Shown here: in pieces, positions 1 through 14,000 of the stretch
How positions within the stretch are numbered: the first letter of the stretch is position 1
Layout of the letters: the number at the start of each line of letters is the position of its first letter
Assembly: GCA_964016885.1 (NCBI GenBank)
Contig: OZ024740.1
Coordinates: forward strand, 27,466,001-27,530,000
From: Eledone cirrhosa
Taxonomy: Eukaryota
DNA: 64,000 nt
Direction of reading: 5' to 3'
Program-made: the position numbers and the translations under genes
The notes under the pieces: model-generated
Database searches by the model: none
What the model was told of the DNA's origin: nothing
The model's input: the letters and a program-made list of their open reading frames with translations, nothing else

Positions 1-3000
1 TTGAAAAATAAACCTCATTTGATCATTCCATGATAGTATCTTGTTTAGCCTTTGAAGGAATGATGCTAAAGCTGTGTAATGTTGCCTGTTGTAATTTCAA
101 CACTTATTAATAACTGTATTGTTTCTTTCCACGGACTATGTTAGAAAATAATCTTCATTTCGTCATTCCATGAGAGTATCTTCGTCAGCCTATGAAGGAG
201 TGATGCTAAAGCTGTGAAATCTTGCATGCCGTAATTTCAACTCTTCTTATTAATAACTGTATTGGTTCTTTCCAGGGACTATGCTGGAAAATAAACTTCA
301 TTAGGTCATTCCATGAGAGTATCTTGTTCAACCTATGAGGGAGTGATACTAAAGCTGTGTAATCTTGCTTGCAGTAATTTGAACAGTTCTTATTAATGAC
401 TGTATTGTTTCTTTCCAGGCAGTATGTTGAAAAATAAACCTCATTTGGTTATTCCATGAGAGTATCTTGTTCAACCTATGAAGGAGTGATGCTGAAGCTG
501 TGTAATCTTACCTGCAGTAATTTCAACACTTATTAATAACTGTATTGTTTCTTTCCAGGGACTATGTTGGAAAATAAACTTCATTTGGTCATTCCATGAG
601 AGTATCTTGTTCAGCCTATGAAGGAGTGATGCTAAAACTTTGAAATTTTGCATGACATAATTTCAACTCTTCTTATTAATAACTGTATTGTTTCTTTCCA
701 GGGACTATGTTGGAAAATAAACTTCATTAGTTCATTCCATGAGAGTATCTCGGTCAGCCTATGAAGGAGTGATGCTAAAGCTGTGTAATCTTGCTTGCAG
801 TAATTTCATCTCTTCTTATTGATAACTCTATTGTTTCTTTCCAGGGACTATGTTGGAAAATAAACTTCATTTGGTCATTCCATGAGAGTATATTGTTCAC
901 CCGATGAAGGAGTGATTCTACATCTGTGAAATCTTGCATGCCTCAATTTCAACTCTTCTTCTTAATAACTGTATTGTTTCTTTCCAGGGACTATGATGGA
1001 AAATAAACTTCATTGGTCATTCCATGAGAGTATCTTGCTCAACATATGAGGTAATGCTGCTAAAGCCTTGAAATATTGCATGCAGTTATTTCAACTCTTC
1101 TTATTAATAACTGTATTGTTTCTTTCCAGGGACTATGTTGGAAAATAAACTTCATTTGGTCATTCCATGAGAGTATATTGTTCAACCTAAGAGGGAGTGA
1201 TGCTAAAGCTGTGTAATATTGCTTGCAGTAATTTCAACTCTTCTTATTAATAACTGTATTGTTTCTTTCCAGGGACTATGTTGGAAAATAAACTTCATTT
1301 GGTCATTCCATGAGATTATCTCGGTAAGCTTATGAAGGAGTGATGCGAAAGCTGTGAAATCATGCCTGCAGTAATTTCAACACTTATTAATAACAGTATT
1401 GTTTCTTTCCAGGGACTTTGTTGAAAAATAAACCTCATTTGATCATTCCATCATTGTATCTTGTTCAGCCTATGAAGGAATGATGCTAAAGCTGTGTAAT
1501 GTTGCCTGTTGTAATTTCAACACTTATTAATAACTGTATTGTTTCTTTCCACGGACTATGTTAGAAAATAATCTTCATTTCGTCATTCCATGAGAGTATC
1601 TTCGTCAGCCTATGAAGGAGTGATGCTAAAGCTGTGAAATCTTGCATGCCGTAATTTCAACTCTTCTTATTAATAACTGTATTGTTTCTTACCAGGGACT
1701 ATGTTGGAAAATAAACCTCATTTTGTCATTCCATGATAGTATCTTGGTCAGCCTATGAAGGAGTGATGCTAAAGCTGTGAAATCTTGCCTGTAGTAATTT
1801 CAACACTTATTAATAACTGTATTGTTTCTTTCCAGGGACTATGTTGAAAAATAAACCTCATTTGATCATTCCATGATAGTATCTTGTTTAGCCTTTGAGG
1901 GGGTGATGCAAAGGCTGTGAAATATTGCATGCCGTAATTTCAACTCTTCTTATTAATAACTGTATTGGTTCTTTCCAGGGACTATGCTGGAAAATAAACT
2001 TCATTAGGTCATTCCATGAGAGTATCTTGTTCAACCTATGAGGGAGTGATACTAAAGCTGTGTAATCTTGCTTGCAGTAATTTGAACAGTTCTTATTAAT
2101 GACTGTATTGTTTCTTTCCAGGCAGTATGTTGAAAAATAAACCTCATTTGGTTATTCCATGAGAGTATCTTGTTCAACCTATGAAGGAGTGATGCTGAAG
2201 CTGTGTAATCTTACCTGCAGTAATTTCAACACTTATTAATAACTGTATTGTTTCTTTCCAGGGACTATGTTGGAAAATAAACTTCATTTGGTCATTCCAT
2301 GAGAGTATCTTGTTCAGCCTATGAAGGAGTGATGCTAAAACTTTGAAATTTTGCATGACATAATTTCAACTCTTCTTATTAATAACTGTATTGTTTCTTT
2401 CCAGGGACTATGTTGGAAAATAAACTTCATTAGTTCATTCCATGAGAGTATCTCGGTCAGCCTATGAAGGAGTGATGCTAAAGCTGTGTAATCTTGCTTG
2501 CAGTAATTTCATCTCTTCTTATTGATAACTCTATTGTTTCTTTCCAGGGACTATGTTGGAAAATAAACTTCATTTGGTCATTCCATGAGAGTATATTGTT
2601 CACCCGATGAAGGAGTGATTCTACATCTGTGAAATCTTGCATGCCTCAATTTCAACTCTTCTTCTTAATAACTGTATTGTTTCTTTCCAGGGACTATGAT
2701 GGAAAATAAACTTCATTGGTCATTCCATGAGAGTATCTTGCTCAACATATGAGGTAATGCTGCTAAAGCCTTGAAATATTGCATGCAGTTATTTCAACTC
2801 TTCTTATTAATAACTGTATTGTTTCTTTCCAGGGACTATGTTGGAAAATAAACTTCATTTGGTCATTCCATGAGAGTATATTGTTCAACCTAAGAGGGAG
2901 TGATGCTAAAGCTGTGTAATATTGCTTGCAGTAATTTCAACTCTTCTTATTAATAACTGTATTGTTTCTTTCCAGGGACTATGTTGGAAAATAAACTTCA

Positions 3001-6000
3001 TTTGGTCATTCCATGAGATTATCTCGGTAAGCTTATGAAGGAGTGATGCGAAAGCTGTGAAATCATGCCTGCAGTAATTTCAACACTTATTAATAACAGT
3101 ATTGTTTCTTTCCAGGGACTTTGTTGAAAAATAAACCTCATTTGATCATTCCATCATTGTATCTTGTTCAGCCTATGAAGGAATGATGCTAAAGCTGTGT
3201 AATGTTGCCTGTTGTAATTTCAACACTTATTAATAACTGTATTGTTTCTTTCCACGGACTATGTTAGAAAATAATCTTCATTTCGTCATTCCATGAGAGT
3301 ATCTTCGTCAGCCTATGAAGGAGTGATGCTAAAGCTGTGAAATCTTGCATGCCGTAATTTCAACTCTTCTTATTAATAACTGTATTGTTTCTTACCAGGG
3401 ACTATGTTGGAAAATAAACCTCATTTTGTCATTCCATGATAGTATCTTGGTCAGCCTATGAAGGAGTGATGCTAAAGCTGTGAAATCTTGCCTGTAGTAA
3501 TTTCAACACTTATTAATAACTGTATTGTTTCTTTCCAGGGACTATGTTGAAAAATAAACCTCATTTGATCATTCCATGATAGTATCTTGTTTAGCCTTTG
3601 AGGGGGTGATGCAAAAGCTGTGAAATCTTGCATGCCGTAATTTCAACTCTTCTTATTAATAACTATTGTTTCTTTCCAGGACTATGTTGGACAATAAACT
3701 TCATTTGGTCATTCTATGAGAGTATCTTGGTCAGCCTATGAAGGAGTGATGCTAAAACCATGAAATCTTGCATCCTGTAATTTCAACTCTTCTTATTGAT
3801 AACTATATTGTTTCTTTCCAGGGATTTTGTTGGAAAATAAACTTCATTTGGTCATTCCATGAGAGTATCTTGTTCAACCTATGAAGGAGTGATGCTAAAA
3901 CTGTGAAATCCTGCATGACGTAATTTCAACTCTTCTTATTAATAACTCTATTGTTTCTTTCCAGGGACTATGTTGGAAAATAAACTTCATTTGGTCATTC
4001 CATGAGAGTATATTGTTCACCCGAGGAAGGAGTGATTCTACATCTGTGAAATCTTGCATGCCTCAATTTCAACTCTTCTTATTAATAACTGTATTGTTTC
4101 TTTCCAGGGACTATGATGGAAAATAAATTTCATTGGTCATTCCATGAGAGTATCTTGCTTAACATATGAGGGAATGCTACTAAAGCCTTGAAATATTGCA
4201 TGCAGTTATTTCAACTCTTCTTATTAATAACTGTATTGTTTCTTTCCAGGGACTATGTTGGAAAATAAACTTCATTTGGTCATTCCATGAGAGTATATTG
4301 TTCAACCTAAGAGGGAGTGATGCTAAAGCTGTGTAATATTGCTTGCAGTAATTTCAACTCTTCTTATTAATAACTGTATTGTTTCTTTCCAGGGACTATG
4401 TTGGAAAATAAACTTCATTTGGTCATTCCATGAGATTATCTCGGTAAGCTTATGAAGGAGTGATGCGAAAGCTGTAAAATCATGCCTGCAGTAATTTCAA
4501 CACTTATTAATAACAGTATTGTTTCTTTCCAGGGACTTTGTTGAAAAATAAACCTCATTTGATCATTCCATCATTGTATCTTGTTCAGCCTATGAAGGAA
4601 TGATGCTAAAGCTGTGTAATGTTGCCTGTTGTAATTTCAACACTTATTAATAACTGTATTGTTTCTTTCCACGGACTATGTTAGAAATTAATCTTCATTT
4701 CGTCATTCCATGAGAGTATCTTCGTCAGCCTATGAAGGAGTGATGCTAAAGCTGTGAAATCTTGCATGCCGTAATTTCAACTCTTCTTATTAATAACTGT
4801 ATTGTTTCTTACCAGGGACTATGTTGGAAAATAAACCTCATTTTGTCATTCCATGATAGTATCTTGGTCAGCCTATGAAGGAGTGATGCTAAAGCTGTGA
4901 AATCTTGCCTGTAGTAATTTCAACACTTATTAATAACTGTATTGTTTCTTTCCAGGGACTATGTTGAAAAATAAACCTCATTTGATCATTCCATGATAGT
5001 ATCTTGTTTAGCCTTTGAGGGGGTGATGCAAAAGCTGTGAAATATTGCATGCCGTAATTTCAACTCTTCTTATTAATAACTGTATTGGTTCTTTCCAGGG
5101 ACTATGCTGGAAAATAAACTTCATTAGGTCATTCCATGAGAGTATCTTGTTCAACCTATGAGGGAGTGATACTAAAGCTGTGTAATCTTGCTTGCAGTAA
5201 TTTGAACAGTTCTTATTAATGACTGTATTGTTTCTTTCCAGGCAGTATGTTGAAAAATAAACCTCATTTGGTTATTCCATGAGAGTATCTTGTTCAACCT
5301 ATGAAGGAGTGATGCTGAAGCTGTGTAATCTTACCTGCAGTAATTTCAACACTTATTAATAACTGTATTGTTTCTTTCCAGGGACTATGTTGGAAAATAA
5401 ACTTCATTTGGTCATTCCATGAGAGTATCTTGTTCAGCCTATGAAGGAGTGATGCTAAAACTTTGAAATTTTGCATGACATAATTTCAACTCTTCTTATT
5501 AATAACTGTATTGTTTCTTTCCAGGGACTATGTCGGAAAATAAACTTCATTAGTTCATTCCATTAGAGTATCTCGGTCAGCCTATGAAGGAGTGATGCTA
5601 AAGCTGTGTAATCTTGCTTGCAGTAATTTCATCTCTTCTTATTGATAACTCTATTGTTTCTTTCCAGGGACTATGTTGGAAAATAAACTTCATTTGGTCA
5701 TTCCATGAGAGTATATTGTTCAGCCGATGAAGGAGTGATTCTACATCTGTGAAATCTTGCATGCCTCAATTTCAACTCTTCTTCTTAATAACTGTATTGT
5801 TTCTTTCCAGGGACTATGATGGAAAATAAACTTCATTGGTCATTCCATGAGAGTATCTTGCTCAACATATGAGGTAATGCTGCTAAAGCCTTGAAATATT
5901 GCATGCAGTTATTTCAACTCTTCTTATTAATAACTGTATTGTTTCTTTCCAGGGACTATGTTGGAAAATAAACTTCATTTGGTCATTCCATGAGAGTATA

Positions 6001-6040
6001 TTGTTCAACCTAAGAGGGAGTGATGCTAAAGCTGTGTAAT
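1..6040. repeat. Satellite HOR domain 1: 12-mer of 1703 bp, with one 10-mer variant (1417 bp)
   Basis: Diagnostic variant ccgatgaaggagtgattctacatc at 901, 2604, 4021, 5724 (spacings 1703, 1417, 1703). Identical spurious ORFs at 471, 2174, 5294. Confidence 0.9.
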
Positions 6041-7560
6041 CTTACCTGCAGTAATTTCAACACTTATTAATAACTGTATTGTATCTTACCAGGGACTATG
6101 TTGGAAAATAACATTCATTTGGTCATTCCTTGAGAATATCTTGTTAATCCTATGAATGAGTGATGCTAAAGCTGTGAAATCTTGCATGACGTAATTTCAA
6201 CTCTTCTTATTAATAACTATATAGTTTCTTTCCAGGGAATATGTTGAAAAATAAACCTCATTTGGTCATTCCATAATAGTATCTTGTTCAGCCTATGAAG
6301 GAGTGATGCTAAAGCTGTGTAATCTTGCCTGCTGTAATTTCAACACTTATTAATAACTGTATTCTTTCTTTCCAGGGACTATGTTGGAAAATAAACCTCA
6401 TTTCGTCATTCCATGATAGTATCTTGGTCAGTTTATGAATGAGTGAGGCTAAAGCTGTGAAATCTTGCATGCCTTAACTCTTCTTATTAATAACTGTATT
6501 GTTTCTTTCCAGGGACTATGTTGAAAAATAAACTTCATTTGGTCGTTCCATGAGAGTACCTTGGTCAGCCTATGAAGGAGTGATGCTAAACTGTGAAATC
6601 TTGCATGCAGCAAATTCAACTCTCCTTATTAATAACTGTATTGTTTCTTTCCAGAGACTATGTTGAAAAATAAACTTCATTTGGTCATTTCATGAGAGTA
6701 TCTTGCTCAACATATGAGGTAATGCTGCTAAAGCCTTGAAATATTGCATGCAGTTATTTCAACTCTTCTTATTATAACTGTATTGTTTCTTTCTAGGGAC
6801 TATGTTGGAAAATAAACTTCATTTGGTCATTCCATGAGAGTATATTGTTCAACCTAAGATCGAGTGATGCTAAAGCTGTGTAATCTTACCTGCAGTAATT
6901 TCAACACTTATTAATAACTGTATTGTATCTTACCAGGGACTATGTTGGAAAATAACATTCATTTGGTCATTCCTTGAGAATATCTTGTTCAGCCTATGAA
7001 TGAGTGATGCTAAAGCTGTGAAATCTTGCATGACGTAATTTCAACTCTTCTTATTAATAACTATATAGTTTCTTTCCAGGGAATATGTTGAAAAATAAAC
7101 CTCATTTGGTCATTCCATAATAGTATCTTGTTCAGCCTATGACGGAGTGATGCTAAAGCTGTGTAATCTTGCCTGCTGTAATTTCAACACTTATTAATAA
7201 CTGTATTCTTTCTTTCCAGGGACTATGTTGGAAAATAAACCTCATTTCGTCATTCCATGATAGTATCTTGGTCAGTTTATGAATGAGTGAGGCTAAAGCT
7301 GTGAAATCTTGCATGCCTTAACTCTTCTTATTAATAACTGTATTGTTTCTTTCCAGGGACTATGTTGAAAAATAAACTTCATTTGGTCGTTCCATGAGAG
7401 TACCTTGGTCAGCCTATGAAGGAGTGATGCTAAACTGTGAAATCTTGCATGCAGCAAATTCAACTCTCCTTATTAATAAGTGTATTGTTTCTTTCCAGAG
7501 ACTATGTTGAAAAATAAACTTCATTTGGTCATTTCATGAGAGTATCTTGTTCAGCCTATG
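6040..7560. repeat. Satellite HOR domain 2: duplicated 6-mer (844 bp)
   Basis: gtatcttaccagggac...aataacattc at 6081 and 6925; the following monomers are near-identical in the same order. Confidence 0.8.
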
Positions 7561-8099
7561 AAGGAGTGATGCTAAAATTGTGAAATCTTGCATTCAGTAA
7601 TTTCAACTCTTCTTATTAATAACTGTATTGTTTTTTTCCAGGGACTATGTTGGAAAATAACCTTCATTTGGTCATTCCATGAGAATATCTTGTTCAGCCT
7701 ATGAATGAGTGATGCTAAAGATGTGTAATCTTGCCTGCTGTAATTTCAACACTTATTAATAACTGTATTGTTTCTTTCCAGGGACTATGTTGGACAATAA
7801 ACCTCATTGCGTCATTCCATGATAGTATCTTGGTCAGCTTATGAATGAGTGATGCTAAAGCTGTGAAATCTTGCATGCAATAATTTCAACTCTTCTTATT
7901 AATAACTCTATTGTTTCTTTCCAGGGACTATGTTGGAAAATAAACTACATTTGGTCATTCCTTGAGAGTATCTTGGTCAGCCTATGAGAGAGTGATGCTA
8001 AAGCTGTGAAATCTTGCTTGCAGTAATTTCAACACTTCTTATTAATAACTGTATTATTTCTTTCCAGGGACTATGTTGGAAAATAAACTTCATTTGGTC

Positions 8100-11000
8100 A
8101 TTCCATCATAGTATCTTGGTCAGCCTATGAAGGAGTGATGCTAAAGCTGTGTAATCTTGCTTGCAGTAATTTGAACTCATCTTATTAATAACTGTATTGT
8201 TTCTTTCCAGGGACTATGTTGAAAAATAAACCTCATTTGGTCGTTCCATGAGAGTATCTTGTTCAGTCTATGAAGGAGTGAGGCTAAAGCTGTGTAATCT
8301 TGTCTACAGTAATTTCAACGCGTATTAATAACTGTATTGTTTCTTTCCAGGGACTATGTTGAACAATAAACTTCATTTGGTCATTCCATGAGAGTACCTT
8401 GGTCAGCCTATGAAGGAGTGATGCTAAACTGTGAAATCTTGCATTCAGTAATTTCAACTCTTCTTATTAATAACTGTATTGTTTCTTTCCAGGGACTATG
8501 TTGGAAAATAAACTTCATTTGGTCATTCCATGAGAGTATCTCGTTCAGCCTATGAAGGAGTGATGCTAAAGCTGTGTAATCTTGCCTGCAGTAATTTCGA
8601 AACTTATTAATACCTGTATTGTTTCTTTCCAGGGACTATGTTGGAAAATAAACCTCATTTGGTCATTCCATGATAGTATCTTGGTCAGCTTATGAATGAG
8701 TGATGCTAAAGCTGTGAAATCTTGCATGCAATAATTTCAACTCTTCTCATTAATAACTCTATTGTTTCTTTCCAGGGACTATGTTGGAAAATAAACTTCA
8801 TTTGGTCATTCCTTGAGAGTATCTTGTTCAGCCTATGAATGAGTGATGCTAAAGCTGCGAAATCTTGCATGACGTAATTTCAACTCTTCTTATTAATAAC
8901 TATATAGTTTCTTTCCAGGGAATATGTTGAAAAATAAACCTCATTTGGTCATTCCATGATAGTATCTTGTTCAGCCTATGAAGGAGTGATGCTAAAGCTG
9001 TGTAATCTTGCCTGCTGTAATTTCAACACTTATTAATAACTGTATTGTTTCTTTCCAGGGACTATGTTGGAAAATAAACCTCATTTCGTCATTCCTTGAT
9101 AGTATCTTGGTCAACTTATGAATGAGTGATGCTATAGCTGTGAAATCTTGCATGCAATAATTTCAACCCTTCTTATTAATAACTCTATTGTCTCTTTCCA
9201 GGGACTATGTTGAAAAATAAACTTCATTTGGTTATTTCATGAGAGTATCTTGTTCAGCCTATGAAGGAGTGATGCTAAAATTGTGAAATCTTGCATTCAG
9301 TAATTTCAACTCTTCTTATTAATAATTGTATTGTTTTTTTCCAGGGACTATGTTGGAAAATAACCTTCATTTGGTTATTCCATGAGAATATCTTGTTCAG
9401 CCTATGAATGAGTGATGCTAAAGCTGTGAAATCTTGCCTGACGTAATTTCAACTCTTCTTATTAATAACTATATAGTTTCTTTCCAGGGAATATGTTGAA
9501 AAATAAACCTCATTTGGTCATTCCATGATAGTATCTTGTTCAGCCTATGAAGGAGTGATGCTAAAGATGTGTAATCTTGCCTGCTGTAATTTCAACACTT
9601 ATTAATAACTGTATTGTTTCTTTCCAGGGACTATGTTGGACAATAAACCTCATTGCGTCATTCCATGATAGTATCTTGGTCAGCTTATGAATGAGTGATG
9701 CTAAAGCTGTGAAATCTTGCATGCAATAATTTCAACGCTTCTTATTAATAACTGTATTGTTTCTTTCCAGGGACTATGTTGGAAAATAAACTTCATTTGG
9801 TCATTCCATGATAGTATCTTGGTCAGCCTATGAAGGAGTGATGCTAAAGCTGTGTAATCTTGCTTGCAGTAATTTGAACTCATCTTATTAATAACTGTAT
9901 TGTTTCTTTCCAGGGACTATGTTGAAAAATAAACCTCATTTGGTCGTTCCATGAGAGCATCTTGTTCAGCCTATGAAGGAGTGATGCTAAAGCTGTGTAA
10001 TCTTGTCTGCAGTAATTTCAACGCGTATTAATAACTGTATTGTTTCTTTCCAGGGACTATGTTGAACAATAAACTTCATTTGGTCATTCCATGAGAGTAC
10101 CTTGGTCAGCCTATGAAGGAGTGATGCTAAACTGTGAAATCTTGCATTCAGTAATTTCAACTCTTCTTATTAATAACTGCATTGTTTCTTTCCAGGGACT
10201 ATGTTGGAAAATAAACTTCATTTGGTCATTCCATGAGAGTATCTCGTTCAGCCTATGAAGGAGTGATGCTAAAGCTGTGTAATCTTGCCTGCAGTAATTT
10301 CGAAACTTATTAATAACTGTATTGTTTCTTTCCAGGGACTATGTTGGAAAATAAACCTCATTTGGTCATTCCAAGATAGTATCTTGGTCAGCTTATGAAT
10401 GAGTGATGCTAAAGCTGTGAAATCTTGCATGCAATAATTTCAACTCTTCTCATTAATAACTCTATTGTTTCTTTCCAGGGACTATGTTGGAAAATAAACT
10501 TCATTTGGTCATTCCTTGAGAGTATCTTGTTCAGCCTATGAATGAGTGATGCTAAAGCTGTGAAATCTTGCATGACGTAATTTCAACTCTTCTTATTAAT
10601 AACTATATAGTTTCTTTCCAGGGAATATGTTGAAAAATAAACCTCATTTGGTCATTCCATGATAGTATCTTGTTCAGCCTATTAAGGAGTGATGTTAAAG
10701 CTGTGTAATCTTGCCTGCTGAAATTTCAACACTTATTAATAACTGTATTGTTTCTTTCCAGGGACTATGTTGGAAAATAAACCTCATTTCGTCATTCCTT
10801 GATAGTATCTTGGTCAACTTATGAATGAGTGATGCTAAAGCTGTGAAATCTTGCATGCAATAATTTCAACCCTTCTTATTAATAACTCTATTGTTTCTTT
10901 CCAGGGACTATGTTGGAAAATAAACTTCATTTGGTCATTCCTTGAGAGTATCTTGGTCAGCCTATAAGAGAGTGATGCTAAAGCTGTGAAATCTTGCTTG

Positions 11001-14000
11001 CAGTAATTTCAACACTTCTTATTAATAACTGTATTGTTTCTTTCCATGGACTATGTTGGAAAATAAACCTCATTTGGTCATTCCATGATAGTATCTTGGT
11101 CAGCCTATGAAGGAGTGATGCTAAAGCTGTGAAATCTTTCATGCAATAATTTCAACTCTTCTTATTAATAACTCTATTGTTACTTTCCAGGGACTATGTT
11201 GGAAAATAAACTTCATTTGGTCATTCCATGAGAGTATCTTGCTCAGCCTATGAAGGAGTGATGCTAAACTGTGAAATATTGCATGCAGTACTTTCAACTC
11301 TCCTTATTAATAAATGTATTGTTTCTTTCCAGGGACTATGTTGGAAAATACACTTCATTTGGTCATTCCATGAGGGTATCTTGTTTAGCCTATGAAGGAG
11401 TGATGCTAAAACTTTGAAATCTTGCATGCAGTAATTTGAACTCTTCTTATTAATAACTGTATTGTTTCTTTCCAGGGACTATGTTGGAAAATAAACTTCA
11501 TTTCGTCATTTCATGAGAGTATCTTGGTCAGCCTATGAAGGAGTGATGCTAAAGCTGTGTAATCTTGCTTGCAGTAATTTGAACTCATCTTATTAATAAC
11601 TGTATTGTTTCTTTCCAGGGACTATGTTGAAAAATAAACCTCATTTGGTCGTTCCATGAGAGTATCTTGTTCAGCCTATGAAGGAGTGAGGCTAAAGCTG
11701 TGTAATCTTGTCTACAGTAATTTCAACGCGTATTAATAACTGTATTGTTTCTTTCCAGGGACTATGTTGAACAATAAACTTCATTTGGTCATTCCATGAG
11801 AGTACCTTGGTCAGCCTATGAAGGAGTGATGCTAAACTGTGAAATCTTGCATTCAGTAATTTCAACTCTTCTTATTAATAACTGTATTGTTTCTTTCCAG
11901 GGACTATGTTGGAAAATAAACTTCATTTGGTCATTCCATGAGAGTATCTCGTTCAGCCTATGAAGGAGTGATGCTAAAGCTGTGTAATCTTGCCTGCAGT
12001 AATTTCGAAACTTATTAATACCTGTATTGTTTCTTTCCAGGGACTATGTTGGAAAATAAACCTCATTTGGTCATTCCATGATAGTATCTTGGTCAGCTTA
12101 TGAATGAGTGATGCTAAAGCTGTGAAATCTTGCATGCAATAATTTCAACTCTTCTCATTAATAACTCTATTGTTTCTTTCCAGGGACTATGTTGGAAAAT
12201 AAACTTCATTTGGTCATTCCTTGAGAGTATCTTGTTCAGCCTATGAATGAGTGATGCTAAAGCTGTGAAATCTTGCATGACGTAATTTCAACTCTTCTTA
12301 TTAATAACTATATAGTTTCTTTCCAGGGAATATGTTGAAAAATAAACCTCATTTGGTCATTCCATGATAGTATCTTGTTCAGCCTATGAAGGAGTGATGC
12401 TAAAGCTGTGTAATCTTGCCTGCTGTAATTTCAACACTTATTAATAACTGTATTGTTTCTTTCCAGGGACTATGTTGGAAAATAAACCTCATTTCGTCAT
12501 TCCTTGATAGTATCTTGGTCAACTTATGAATGAGTGATGCTATAGCTGTGAAATCTTGCATGCAATAATTTCAACCCTTCTTATTAATAACTCTATTGTC
12601 TCTTTCCAGGGACTATGTTGAAAAATAAACTTCATTTGGTTATTTCATGAGAGTATCTTGTTCAGCCTATGAAGGAGTGATGCTAAAATTGTGAAATCTT
12701 GCATTCAGTAATTTCAACTCTTCTTATTAATAATTGTATTGTTTTTTTCCAGGGACTATGTTGGAAAATAACCTTCATTTGGTTATTCCATGAGAATATC
12801 TTGTTCAGCCTATGAATGAGTGATGCTAAAGCTGTGAAATCTTGCCTGACGTAATTTCAACTCTTCTTATTAATAACTATATAGTTTCTTTCCAGGGAAT
12901 ATGTTGAAAAATAAACCTCATTTGGTCATTCCATGATAGTATCTTGTTCAGCCTATGAAGGAGTGATGCTAAAGATGTGTAATCTTGCCTGCTGTAATTT
13001 CAACACTTATTAATAACTGTATTGTTTCTTTCCAGGGACTATGTTGGACAATAAACCTCATTGCGTCATTCCATGATAGTATCTTGGTCAGCTTATGAAT
13101 GAGTGATGCTAAAGCTGTGAAATCTTGCATGCAATAATTTCAACGCTTCTTATTAATAACTGTATTGTTTCTTTCCAGGGACTATGTTGGAAAATAAACT
13201 TCATTTGGTCATTCCATGATAGTATCTTGGTCAGCCTATGAAGGAGTGATGCTAAAGCTGTGTAATCTTGCTTGCAGTAATTTGAACTCATCTTATTAAT
13301 AACTGTATTGTTTCTTTCCAGGGACTATGTTGAAAAATAAACCTCATTTGGTCGTTCCATGAGAGCATCTTGTTCAGCCTATGAAGGAGTGATGCTAAAG
13401 CTGTGTAATCTTGTCTGCAGTAATTTCAACGCGTATTAATAACTGTATTGTTTCTTTCCAGGGACTATGTTGAACAATAAACTTCATTTGGTCATTCCAT
13501 GAGAGTACCTTGGTCAGCCTATGAAGGAGTGATGCTAAACTGTGAAATCTTGCATTCAGTAATTTCAACTCTTCTTATTAATAACTGCATTGTTTCTTTC
13601 CAGGGACTATGTTGGAAAATAAACTTCATTTGGTCATTCCATGAGAGTATCTCGTTCAGCCTATGAAGGAGTGATGCTAAAGCTGTGTAATCTTGCCTGC
13701 AGTAATTTCGAAACTTATTAATAACTGTATTGTTTCTTTCCAGGGACTATGTTGGAAAATAAACCTCATTTGGTCATTCCAAGATAGTATCTTGGTCAGC
13801 TTATGAATGAGTGATGCTAAAGCTGTGAAATCTTGCATGCAATAATTTCAACTCTTCTCATTAATAACTCTATTGTTTCTTTCCAGGGACTATGTTGGAA
13901 AATAAACTTCATTTGGTCATTCCTTGAGAGTATCTTGTTCAGCCTATGAATGAGTGATGCTAAAGCTGTGAAATCTTGCATGACGTAATTTCAACTCTTC

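Noticed and set aside
700-745. Plus-strand TMLENKLHLV resembling the KRAB-A motif VMLENYRNLV
   Set aside because: Very short match followed immediately by a stop, with no other KRAB residues or zinc fingers; coincidence.
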